Source: a virus
Lineage: Duplodnaviria; Caudoviricetes
Length of the DNA stretch: 37,345 bases
IMG/VR virus record: IMGVR_UViG_3300024051_000049
Location: 1-37,345 of that record
Strand: one strand, 5' to 3'
Both the position numbers and the translations under genes were made by a program. Shown piece after piece: positions 17,814-26,359 of this stretch. The notes beneath the pieces are model-generated. The model did not search any database. It worked only from the letters and a program-made list of their open reading frames with translations, and had not been told where the DNA came from. Numbering within the stretch: position 1 is the stretch's first letter; each line of letters opens with the position of its first letter.

Positions 17814-18118
17814 ACTGCACCCAACAATTCGTCAACAGGCACCACCGAAATATCGAGGGCCTGCGCTAACGTCACTTCAAGGTAAGCGCCCTTCGAGTCA
17901 CGCCAACCGGGAAGCATTACAACGAGGTCACACGACACCAAACGCGGTATCGACTCACGCATGAACGCATTCCACGTGGACGTGATCGGTAGAACCGTTT
18001 CCGCTGGGTTTTCAACATGGAACCCAGCAGCCCGCAATTGCTTAGCAGTCCTGTGAAACAAGGGATAGTTTGACTCTGGTAGGCCACTCATGGGGCCTGC
18101 AATATAGATTCTTTTCAC
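17810..18118 (-). CDS. DUF4406 family (nucleoside deoxyribosyltransferase-like) protein
   Basis: RIYIAGPMSG...NPA...LPGW-x-x-S-x-GA-x-x-E. Confidence 0.88.
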   Translation of the reverse strand: MKRIYIAGPMSGLPESNYPLFHRTAKQLRAAGFHVENPAETVLPITSTWNAFMRESIPRLVSCDLVVMLPGWRDSKGAYLEVTLAQALDISVVPVDELLGAV

Positions 18119-18128
18119 GACAATTCCT

Positions 18129-18962
18129 CTAAAACAAGGTATCCAAGTCCGGTTCATCTCCCGGTACATCGATTATTTGAGCGGGAGCGCAAACAGACAC
18201 AGGCTGTAAACCAGGATTCACGCGTTCACTAAAATCAGTGACCACAACCTCCGTAGAGGGATTCACCCCATGCCACTGCGAATACAATGTCGTATCAATG
18301 CCGATACCCGAACACAATTCAATGCCGGTCTGCTTAACGAACTTCTGATACTCAGGCAACTGCTCACTCTGATCAAAGAACGGCCTCCCTGAATACTTGA
18401 ATGGTGCACTCATCGCTGGAACAATGAACGCTCCAGCATCAGCGAAATCAGCAGCAAGATCAATAACCTTGTACTCAAATTTCGATCCCGTGTAACGAGG
18501 CGAACCACCAGCGGCTTTAATGTTCCCGAATGGCGGGTTAGAAATCGCGGTAGAGAACCTGCTACGCAGTTTCGGGAGTTCCTCAAAAACGTTCCCGCAA
18601 ATCCACTGAGCATCCGGGACCATCAGCTTCCCGATTTCCACATACGCTGGATTCAATTCAATGCATACAAGATAAGTTGCTTTCGCGTACTGACTGTACC
18701 TTTGCCGGTATGTCACCGCATACGTGAGAGTTCCAATGCCAGCGCACAAATCAACGAGTGCTCCACCACCAACTTCCATGGCAAAGTCAACTGCCAGATC
18801 TAATGGCGTGAAGAACGCTCCTGCTGCGCTGTTAACGTGGTTCGCTGACTCTTGCCAATTCTGGGTAAAGAACAAGCGGTCGTCGTCATCCCAGCGAGGT
18901 TTCTTCAGGAGTAGTTCAGCTTCAGCGTGGGCTTTCGCTTCCGCTTTTGTGAGTCTCGCCAA
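18129..18962 (-). CDS. SAM-dependent amino-methyltransferase, probably DNA N6-adenine
   Basis: FFTP, VDLCAGIG motif I, NPPF motif IV. Confidence 0.88.
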   Translation of the reverse strand: MARLTKAEAKAHAEAELLLKKPRWDDDDRLFFTQNWQESANHVNSAAGAFFTPLDLAVDFAMEVGGGALVDLCAGIGTLTYAVTYRQRYSQYAKATYLVCIELNPAYVEIGKLMVPDAQWICGNVFEELPKLRSRFSTAISNPPFGNIKAAGGSPRYTGSKFEYKVIDLAADFADAGAFIVPAMSAPFKYSGRPFFDQSEQLPEYQKFVKQTGIELCSGIGIDTTLYSQWHGVNPSTEVVVTDFSERVNPGLQPVSVCAPAQIIDVPGDEPDLDTLF

Positions 18963-18974
18963 AACGTGTCCTCT

Positions 18975-19373
18975 CTATTCAATTTTTGGTGCTCCAGGAA
19001 CATCACCGCGTGACGGGTATTCAGTGAAAACAAAATGCAAGCGAACCAACTTAGGCCCAGCCTTCTTGGTCGTCGCATAACCATGCGGACCCGTCACATG
19101 CTCATCATCATCATCCGGCCACAACCCAGCATCAGTGAACCCATCCACACATGCTTTAAACGTTGGCTGAAGATTTTGTGCATCACGCTTCCGGGATGCT
19201 TGCGGCCATTCAATAAACACCCGCACCCACACATGGCCTTTAAACATGGGAAGGCCCTGCGCCGCTAAACATGCTTTAGAGCGCAGGGCCTTCATCAAAT
19301 TGTTCTTCACTATCGGGTGGTAGCGTCCGTTTGCGGAAACTATTTCCTTGGTAGTGAATTCAAGCGTGATCAT
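18975..19373 (-). CDS. RusA-like Holliday junction resolvase
   Basis: S-x-N...RD-x-x-N...K-x3-DG...W-x-DD. Confidence 0.8.
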   Translation of the reverse strand: MITLEFTTKEIVSANGRYHPIVKNNLMKALRSKACLAAQGLPMFKGHVWVRVFIEWPQASRKRDAQNLQPTFKACVDGFTDAGLWPDDDDEHVTGPHGYATTKKAGPKLVRLHFVFTEYPSRGDVPGAPKIE

Positions 19374-19396
19374 GAAACATGATCACTGGCAGGATA

Positions 19397-19876
19397 TTAA
19401 AACGGAGGCTCCCCCGGATCATTCTGTGGAGGATTAGCAGACCACGGGTCATCCGCTGGAGGCCGGTTCGTGCTCTGCCGGCCAAAGCCGCCAGCCTGCT
19501 GTCCTTGCGGTTTTTGGTTCTTCTGCACCTGCACGGTCGCGTTCCTAAGTGACGCACCAATCTCGTCAATCTGCAATTCAATACTGGAGCGCTTCTCCCC
19601 ATCCCGTGTCTCATACGAACGTTGAATAAGCCGCCCCTGCGCTATCACGCGGGAACCCTTCACCAGGGAATTCGCTGCATTCTCAGCCGCTTCACCCCAT
19701 AAGCTCGACCGCATGAACAGCGTGTCACCGTCCTTCCACTCATTCGCCTGCCGGTCGAACATGCGCTGCGTTGACGCGATCGTCATGGACGCTACAGCTT
19801 TACCCGTTTGCGTGAACCGTAGTTCCGGGTCGCCAGTCAAATATCCGATGACAGTGATGATCGTTTCGTTAGCCAA
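19397..19876 (-). CDS. ssb: Single-stranded DNA-binding protein
   Basis: G-x-LTGDPELRFT, AEN-x3-SL-x-KG, DDPW...EPPF tail. Confidence 0.95.
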   Translation of the reverse strand: MANETIITVIGYLTGDPELRFTQTGKAVASMTIASTQRMFDRQANEWKDGDTLFMRSSLWGEAAENAANSLVKGSRVIAQGRLIQRSYETRDGEKRSSIELQIDEIGASLRNATVQVQKNQKPQGQQAGGFGRQSTNRPPADDPWSANPPQNDPGEPPF

Positions 19877-20276
19877 GGTGACTCTCCTTCAAGAGTGTTT
19901 TCCGGTTTCGTTGAGCAAGTTCTTGCCCACGTTTCGCTTGCGCGTACACTGCAAGCGCTGCTTTATCTCCTGTGATTTTGTCGTGGTCGATGGTCCCGAA
20001 TTCGCTAATGTACTCGTGTGTTTCAGGCACGAGGTAGTGCAGTGCTTTCAAATGTTCGCGGTTACGCCCGCATTCAACGTTGAGGCGATTGTTCATGTCA
20101 ATCATTTCTTCGAAACGACCATCGTCTGGTTTCCTACGCTGAACGATTTCCATCGACACTGCGTCAGCGATCATCGATGCAAGCCTCTTACGCTCAGCCT
20201 CATTTCCTAGCGAAACAAAATCATGCCTGCTATCCAAAACCTCATCGACTATTTCGAACAGTGTTCTCTCGCTCAT
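19869..20276 (-). CDS. Hypothetical protein
   Basis: AAGGAGG SD; overlaps both neighbours. Confidence 0.7.
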   Translation of the reverse strand: MSERTLFEIVDEVLDSRHDFVSLGNEAERKRLASMIADAVSMEIVQRRKPDDGRFEEMIDMNNRLNVECGRNREHLKALHYLVPETHEYISEFGTIDHDKITGDKAALAVYAQAKRGQELAQRNRKTLLKESHLG

Positions 20277-20440
20277 TTTCCCTCCTTCAACAGTCCAGCC
20301 TCACCCAATGCTTCAACAACTGGCAGAACATGCTCCATAACACTGTGCTGCACAATCGGTGTAAGGGACTCCCATCCAGTATCTGAACGGCCTTCCCAGA
20401 ATCCACGAGCAGCAACCTGAACGGAATTTGTGTAATCCAT
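20273..20440 (-). CDS. Hypothetical protein, 55 aa
   Basis: Hand-translated MDYTNSVQVAARGFWE...; TGATG and ATGA overlaps. Confidence 0.7.
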   Translation of the reverse strand: MDYTNSVQVAARGFWEGRSDTGWESLTPIVQHSVMEHVLPVVEALGEAGLLKEGK

Positions 20441-20781
20441 CAGAACGCCTTCCCGTGCTTATAGGATCGGGTCGCGTTGTAATCGAGTTTCTCAATGATC
20501 GCGGCCTCCAAATCAATTTCCATCCAACCAGCCAGATCGAAAACACGGATAACGATGTCCGCGAGTTCAGCTGGAACACCCTCAGGTTTTTCAGGGAATG
20601 ACTGCCAGTTCTCCGTCAGTGATTTCTTCGAACGCGCTTCCTCTAACGCTTCGGAAACTTCCGAGTGAATTAACGCGAGTTTCGAAGCAAACACTGTTGT
20701 GTCGTAAATGAATTCGTCGTGGAAGCCTGCTTCAGCGGCTTGCCTGCTTGACCTGTCGATCAGGTCTTTGATGTCAGCCAT
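20440..20781 (-). CDS. MazG-like nucleotide pyrophosphohydrolase
   Basis: LALIHSEVSEALE...ELADIVIR...K-x-x-YN-x-x-R-x-YKHGK. Confidence 0.9.
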   Translation of the reverse strand: MADIKDLIDRSSRQAAEAGFHDEFIYDTTVFASKLALIHSEVSEALEEARSKKSLTENWQSFPEKPEGVPAELADIVIRVFDLAGWMEIDLEAAIIEKLDYNATRSYKHGKAF

Positions 20782-20902
20782 GCTGTGGTCCTCTCTTCTC
20801 GTTGTTTTCGTACCTGCCAGCCACGCGTTGGGCCGGGACACCGTCAAATCGACTCGTTCCCGGCCCGTAGGCTGACGTTAACCATCTAGATGGTGTGATC
20901 GG

Positions 20903-21130
20903 TCATCCAAGATTTTTTAGGGCCTGTAAACGGTCTAGACGCAATCCAGACCATCGGCCAACACCCGGAGCATCAACAACCGGAGCCGACAAAAGACCCT
21001 CAGCCTTGAACTCGGCAGCCAACTCCGGCGTAATCTCACGCTCAACAAACGGTGTGTTTTGCCTGACCAGAATCTTTTTCGTTCGATCACACTGCACACA
21101 ATCAGGCTTCGAGTACACGACCACCGACAT
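20903..21130 (-). CDS. nrdH: NrdH-like glutaredoxin
   Basis: VYSKP-x-CVQC...APVV...WSG-x-R-x-D. Confidence 0.9.
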   Translation of the reverse strand: MSVVVYSKPDCVQCDRTKKILVRQNTPFVEREITPELAAEFKAEGLLSAPVVDAPGVGRWSGLRLDRLQALKNLG

Positions 21131-21470
21131 GATTTCCCCTCACCACCGGACTCCCGGCAATCTCACGGACAAGCCCGCGCCTCTCCGCCTGGTAAGCGGA
21201 AACATCATCAGGGTCAACGCTCGGAAGCACCGGCCCGTGGACAGCGAGCCTGTACGCACGAATGTTTTTGATTCGCTTCAGGATGTCCCCAGGTGTGGGA
21301 AAGCGAACCCCTTCCGCGAAGCACTCGTCACGCGCTGCGCAAGCGTCATCGAACCCATGGGGCGACAGCAGGCGCGCCCATAACCCGATCTCCACGGGTG
21401 TTCTCGGTTCACGGAGGCTCACGAGCAGATCTAACTCAGCCATGAAGCGCTGGAATTCGGTTTTCGTCAT
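21102..21470 (-). CDS. Putative helicase loader/inhibitor-like protein
   Basis: W-x-x-LL...RFPTPGDI pattern; coupled behind the initiator. Confidence 0.55.
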   Translation of the reverse strand: MTKTEFQRFMAELDLLVSLREPRTPVEIGLWARLLSPHGFDDACAARDECFAEGVRFPTPGDILKRIKNIRAYRLAVHGPVLPSVDPDDVSAYQAERRGLVREIAGSPVVRGNHVGGRVLEA

Positions 21471-22273
21471 GACTCGAACTCCGGGAAATCCATGCCCTCA
21501 ATGGTGTCGTAGGTCGATCTAGCGTTAACCATCCGACTCGAGGTAATAACACCCTGCGTCACCTCGTCCTCCCACCGTTTCCCGTTCAACCACGTTGACG
21601 GGTGAGCGATGTAGTTCGGGTCCAGCTGGGAGTTCGCATACTTCGAAAGTCCATCAAGGATCGTCGTGAGGTCCGTTGTTTTTCTAGCCTTGATGAACGC
21701 TTTGAGTGCGTTGGCCTTGTTGACTTTCCGTGGGTATGCCGGCCAGAACTTATTCGCGAACTCGGCTTCGAGGACCGCGGTTTTCGTTGGCTGCTCGGAT
21801 GGCACGTTTACTACTACGTTAGTAGTAGTAATGGGTTCGGGTTCGGGTTCGGGGCTATTACTTTGCCATGCGCTTGCCATACCACTTGCCATAGGTTTGC
21901 CATTACTTTGGTATGGCAAATCAGTGGTTTTGCCATCGCCCCATCTTTTGGCCGCTCCCCTCTTTCCCGCAGAACTACGCGCTTTACGAAGGTTTTCGCG
22001 CCTCTCAGCTTCATCGTGACCGCTCGGTTGAAAATCTGACCAGTCGTGAAACTGAAAACCACCATCAACTTCCTCCCACAAATTTGCCATTAGCAAACGC
22101 ATGGCAAACTCACGATTTGCCATAGAGTCGGAAACGGCCTGCGGAATAAACCCATCCGTGAGGTGTGCACACGACCACGAAGCCGCCCGCACCCACAAAC
22201 CCATAGCCTCATTCCCAGCCATGAGTGTCTTCGTGTGGAAAGCCAACATGTCATCAACTTTGAACCAGGCCAT
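21467..22273 (-). CDS. Phage replication initiator protein
   Basis: MAWFKVDD...TDGFIP...FHDW-x-x-FQ; FW-x-AYPRK...HPSTWLN-x-x-RWEDE. Confidence 0.85.
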   Translation of the reverse strand: MAWFKVDDMLAFHTKTLMAGNEAMGLWVRAASWSCAHLTDGFIPQAVSDSMANREFAMRLLMANLWEEVDGGFQFHDWSDFQPSGHDEAERRENLRKARSSAGKRGAAKRWGDGKTTDLPYQSNGKPMASGMASAWQSNSPEPEPEPITTTNVVVNVPSEQPTKTAVLEAEFANKFWPAYPRKVNKANALKAFIKARKTTDLTTILDGLSKYANSQLDPNYIAHPSTWLNGKRWEDEVTQGVITSSRMVNARSTYDTIEGMDFPEFES

Positions 22274-23265
22274 TACACAGCCTCCAGCAAAGTCGCTTCC
22301 ACAGGACTCAACCAATACCCAGCAGCCTGCAAAACCCTATAAACAGGCTTCACATCCCGGTCCTGAGAAACAATCAAAGCCAAGATCCCAGCCTCCAACG
22401 AAATGCCATCCACACTCCCGTCAGGGCGACCCAAAACCTCAAGCCACCCCTTCACCACACGAGCAGGAAGGACACTCTGCAACACTTCCAAAACAAGGCC
22501 AACCGGATAGTCTTTGACGACTACCTGACCGGCCATAATCGGTCGAAGAAACTCACGTCTCAACTCCCGTGCAATATCCTCATCCTGCACATCCCCAGAC
22601 ATGCGTTCCTCGATGAGGCGCTGCTTAAAATCAGGCTGGCCAATAGCCTCCAAAGCCCTAGCGTGAGCGTCACCAGTCAATCCAAGAAGAGCCTCCGCAT
22701 CCTCAAGGGTGATTTCCCCCAATGCCTCCTTCGACGCATCCGGCAGGCTAGCGATCTGCAAATGCCGTTTAATCCGATCCCGAGACCGTTTCGTCAACGT
22801 TGCAATCCGGGAGACCGTCAACCCTTCCAACGTCAACTGCTCATACGCTCGTGACTCCTCCAGAACCGTCAAATCACGGCGATGCCCATTCTCGCGAACC
22901 ATGAAAGCAAGACGCTCAGCCCGTGTCCTAGTGGACGTATTCACAACAACAGGAACCTCACGAAAACCTGCTGCCCGCGCTGCCGCATACCGTCTGTGCC
23001 CAGCCAAAATGATGTATTCATCACCAGCCGGCATAGACCCACCAGGGCACAATTCATGCTCCACCAGCAAGCCAGTGTGCATACGGTCAACGAGTTCACC
23101 GCAGGCCGAGCATTTCCCTTGCACCCGGTCTTTAGACCCGGGACGAACAACAATAGGCTGGATGATCCCATTCTCTCGAATGTCCTCAACCAATTCCCGA
23201 ATATCACCCAAATCATCACGCGGATTATCCGGGTCAGGTTGTATGCACTGCACACTCAACTTCAT
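22273..23265 (-). CDS. ParB/RepB/Spo0J-like protein
   Basis: NPR...GIIQPIVV...AGHRR-x-x-A...EN-x-x-R-x-DL-x3-EE, then HTH. Confidence 0.9.
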   Translation of the reverse strand: MKLSVQCIQPDPDNPRDDLGDIRELVEDIRENGIIQPIVVRPGSKDRVQGKCSACGELVDRMHTGLLVEHELCPGGSMPAGDEYIILAGHRRYAAARAAGFREVPVVVNTSTRTRAERLAFMVRENGHRRDLTVLEESRAYEQLTLEGLTVSRIATLTKRSRDRIKRHLQIASLPDASKEALGEITLEDAEALLGLTGDAHARALEAIGQPDFKQRLIEERMSGDVQDEDIARELRREFLRPIMAGQVVVKDYPVGLVLEVLQSVLPARVVKGWLEVLGRPDGSVDGISLEAGILALIVSQDRDVKPVYRVLQAAGYWLSPVEATLLEAV

Positions 23266-23732
23266 TGTTTAACTCCCTGCTGTACACGCGCATAACCTTG
23301 CATGTAAGTCCGGCGCACGTAATCAACTGTTTCCGCAGTGACATGCGGGTGAGAAAGCCGATCAGAAATGTTTTGCGCCTCAAAACCCTCTAAGGTCAGA
23401 CGCTTAATAAGGTCGACAACCCTGGAATGCAGTTTCCCTGACGCAAGAACCGGTAATTCATCGGTAACACGAGGTGTAATATCGCGAGCTGGAAGAACAT
23501 CCAACACCGTAACCACCGGTGGAGTGATCCCATTGTCAGCTTGATATTTCAGGCGTTGCTCACGTGTTAAACCAGCAGCGAAACCTGCAACATCCTGCGC
23601 AAGGCACCATTTCCGGCAGGCAACAAGAACAGGGCAGGCACGGCAGATTTCCCGTGCATCATCAACACTATGAGCATCATCTGGTTCGCCGGCGCTTACT
23701 TCTGCTAACCATGTCGGACAATTCGTTTTCAC
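23262..23732 (-). CDS. Divergent WhiB-like protein with C-terminal extension (start uncertain)
   Basis: ICRACPVLVAC...GFAAGLT-x-x-QR. Confidence 0.7.
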   Translation of the reverse strand: MKTNCPTWLAEVSAGEPDDAHSVDDAREICRACPVLVACRKWCLAQDVAGFAAGLTREQRLKYQADNGITPPVVTVLDVLPARDITPRVTDELPVLASGKLHSRVVDLIKRLTLEGFEAQNISDRLSHPHVTAETVDYVRRTYMQGYARVQQGVKQ

Positions 23733-23928
23733 TTAAACCTCCCCACACACCGAATTGCTGCTTCGTGTTGATCGCGTATTCACGGCATTGCATGATGACG
23801 GGAAATGATGCACAGATTTTTAAAGCCTGCTTCTCCTGCCGTAAACGGTTCTCGCCCCATCCATCTGGGAAATGCCACCAATAACCGATTTGCGCGCACG
23901 CAGCGTCAGCCCTCCATGTTTCATTCAT
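23677..23928 (-). CDS. whiB: WhiB-family regulator (third Cys replaced by Phe)
   Basis: W-x3-AAC...IC-x-x-F-PV-x3-C...FGVWGGLSE. Confidence 0.88.
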   Translation of the reverse strand: MNETWRADAACAQIGYWWHFPDGWGENRLRQEKQALKICASFPVIMQCREYAINTKQQFGVWGGLSENELSDMVSRSKRRRTR

Positions 23929-24104
23929 AATCCGAGGACCTCCCGCACATCCGTGTTTCCCGTGCGTTCTAGGTAAGACAATGCTGCGATGCGTTCGGCT
24001 TCCGTTGATATGGTGGGGCCTTTCACGTCATCGAAGAATTTGTCGATGCTTCCGGTGAGTCTGCGGCCATCCCACACGTAAGATTCGGTTTTACGTTTCG
24101 TCAT
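23925..24104 (-). CDS. Hypothetical protein, 59 aa
   Basis: AAGGAG SD; ATGA overlaps; ends EVLGL. Confidence 0.7.
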   Translation of the reverse strand: MTKRKTESYVWDGRRLTGSIDKFFDDVKGPTISTEAERIAALSYLERTGNTDVREVLGL

Positions 24105-24790
24105 ATGGACTCCTTGAAAGGTGTGGGATAACCGGCCTGATGGAACCCCCACAAGTTGGTGGTAAAGGAACGCCTGCATGTGCATTCCACGCGGCCATCG
24201 ATGAGGATTCCGCGGTGATCCTGCCACCATGCGCGAGCCTCGATAAGATTCTGGCCAGCGTCCTTGAACGCAAGCTTTATCGGTGTGAAAGGTCTCCCGG
24301 ATTTGGTGACGAGAACGTTCGTTAGAAGCGTGTTGAATCCGCATTTCATGGCCAGTTCAATGACTTTCACGTTGTATGCGTCCACGTGTTTAGCCCACCG
24401 TTGTAAACCCACCTGGTAGGCGTGCATGACGTGCTCCCAGCGTTGTTCACGCATCCGTTCCCAATCGGTATCGTAAGGGAGTTCGATTATGGTGTATCCG
24501 TCTTTGTCGAGGTTGTTGTGGTCTGGGAGTTTGTGGACGAAAGCGCAACAGTGAACGGTCCGGGCTCGGTCTTTGATGAAGTCGTGCATGTACACGCCAA
24601 CATGGCTTAAAACGTTGCTCATTTCTCGGCAGTGCAAGCGCCCTTCATGCATGAGGGGCAGGCCATGATTGTTGTGTTTCATCTTGGTAGGTTCGATCCC
24701 GCCGCATGCTTCACACGTGAACCGCACAGGCTTAGGCTGATCATCATTGAGCAAGTCCAGTAGGCTGTCCTGCTGCCATAACGCACTCAT
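24101..24790 (-). CDS. Hypothetical protein
   Basis: 229 aa; coupled on both sides. Confidence 0.75.
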   Translation of the reverse strand: MSALWQQDSLLDLLNDDQPKPVRFTCEACGGIEPTKMKHNNHGLPLMHEGRLHCREMSNVLSHVGVYMHDFIKDRARTVHCCAFVHKLPDHNNLDKDGYTIIELPYDTDWERMREQRWEHVMHAYQVGLQRWAKHVDAYNVKVIELAMKCGFNTLLTNVLVTKSGRPFTPIKLAFKDAGQNLIEARAWWQDHRGILIDGRVECTCRRSFTTNLWGFHQAGYPTPFKESI

Positions 24791-25386
24791 CGAGCACCTG
24801 ATAACTGCTTTGGAAATTTCCCAGTGATCCTTGCGAATGTAGCATCTGAAATCTCCTGATAGTGCTTTACCATCATTTTATTTCGGTAAACATAAGCGCG
24901 AGCAGTGTTACATGCTCTGCACTTACGGTGACCTCGACGCAGTTCAGCTTCAACGAGATTAGGAACAACTAATGGGTGACCAGATGGACAATGCGTCCTC
25001 TGTCTTTGCGGGTTCCGACCATGCTTCACGGTATCGAGACTATTTTCGCGTGACGTGTCATAACGCAGATTTTCGAGGCGATTGTCTCTTGGATCGCCGT
25101 TATTGTGACAGACTTCCAGTTTTTCAGGTCTTGGACCTAAGAAGGTTTCTGCGACGAGAACGTGTAGGTCAACATCACGGCGTTTACCTTCATGCTGCAT
25201 GACAACGTGAACGTATTTTCCTGGAGTACAATTTGGCGTAAGGATCTTTTCAGAGACATTCATCATCCCGCGTCCACGCTTCACAACCCGAGCTAGGCTG
25301 CGCACACGTCCAAGTGTGCTTACCTCATAGACTCCTTCAAACCCATTGACAGGCTTCCATTGCTCTTCGTCAGTCAATGTCAACAT
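24787..25386 (-). CDS. NUMOD4-HNH endonuclease
   Basis: WKPV-x-GFEG-x-YEVS-x-x-GRVRS; HVLVAETF; CHNNG-x3-DNRLENL; THCP-x-GH tail. Confidence 0.93.
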   Translation of the reverse strand: MLTLTDEEQWKPVNGFEGVYEVSTLGRVRSLARVVKRGRGMMNVSEKILTPNCTPGKYVHVVMQHEGKRRDVDLHVLVAETFLGPRPEKLEVCHNNGDPRDNRLENLRYDTSRENSLDTVKHGRNPQRQRTHCPSGHPLVVPNLVEAELRRGHRKCRACNTARAYVYRNKMMVKHYQEISDATFARITGKFPKQLSGAR

Positions 25387-25511
25387 GGTTCGACCCCTTC
25401 AATGAACGCGATCATTGCTTTATCAGAGGACGAACAATCCCCGCAATAATCCTTCGCATAAAAATGTTTACGCTCAATACCACAGCGTTTACATGCTCTC
25501 AGTACACGCAT
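25380..25511 (-). CDS. 43-aa zinc-ribbon peptide
   Basis: Hand-translated MRVLRACKRCG...YCGDC...; GGAGG SD. Confidence 0.65.
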   Translation of the reverse strand: MRVLRACKRCGIERKHFYAKDYCGDCSSSDKAMIAFIEGVEPC

Positions 25512-26276
25512 TCAACGCCTCCGCGAATAAATAGACAGGAGCAAAAACGCTGCACCAAAAACAATGATGATCACGACACCAACGAACTGTCGTGGACTGA
25601 GCCCTGTCTCTGCGAGTTCCGGTGAAACACCAGATTCACGTGGGACCTGCACTGTGGCGGTGTGGGCAGGTTCGCTAACCGGACGATTAACGGCGGTTTC
25701 GGTCTCAGGTACCACGGCTGTTTCAGGTGCTTCAACGCTGCTGGGTTTACCAATGTTCACCTCCGGTAGATTCTCTGGAATGCTGGTAGGCGGGTTTTCG
25801 TTGGCAGGAGTTTCCGAGACTGGGGTTTCAACCGTTTCTGGTTCGTCCACACCCACTTCCACTCTTGGAGTTTCTGGTTCAGGTTCACTGGGTTCTCCTG
25901 ACGGTTCTGTCAGCTCTGGTACTGATTTGCAGATTGGTGGCTGACCGCCTTCACCGAAATGCTCGTTAAACAAACTGACTTGCACCCACTCAATGCATTC
26001 ACCAGGTTGAAGGTTGAATGGGAAGAATGATTCGCCAATAAACCGTCCACCCGGCTGGTCATTATTTGGGTCAAAATGCATCCCAAACGAACCTTCAGTT
26101 GTCCGCCAGTTCACATGTCCATCTGCTGGGAAAACCATTCCGTCAGGTAACTGCACACCCTCAACAGTGACCGTGTACGGGGTCGGTGAATCTGAGCCAC
26201 CAGCCCACGCTGAAGTGTTGATGGCCGCGAAGCAAATAATCATGGCGGCAAGGATCAGTGCTTTAAGGATTTTCAC
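25512..26276 (-). CDS. Secreted, sortase-anchored (LAETG) surface protein
   Basis: Signal peptide MKILKALILAA...SAWA; Pro/Glu/Thr stalk; LAETG, hydrophobic helix, RRR. Confidence 0.85.
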   Translation of the reverse strand: MKILKALILAAMIICFAAINTSAWAGGSDSPTPYTVTVEGVQLPDGMVFPADGHVNWRTTEGSFGMHFDPNNDQPGGRFIGESFFPFNLQPGECIEWVQVSLFNEHFGEGGQPPICKSVPELTEPSGEPSEPEPETPRVEVGVDEPETVETPVSETPANENPPTSIPENLPEVNIGKPSSVEAPETAVVPETETAVNRPVSEPAHTATVQVPRESGVSPELAETGLSPRQFVGVVIIIVFGAAFLLLSIYSRRR

Positions 26277-26359
26277 GTGGAAGCCTCCAATAGAAAGTGG
26301 ACCCCACAACACTTGTGTGAGGTCCACTAGGTTTGAAAATGGTTTGAACCGTTACCGGC

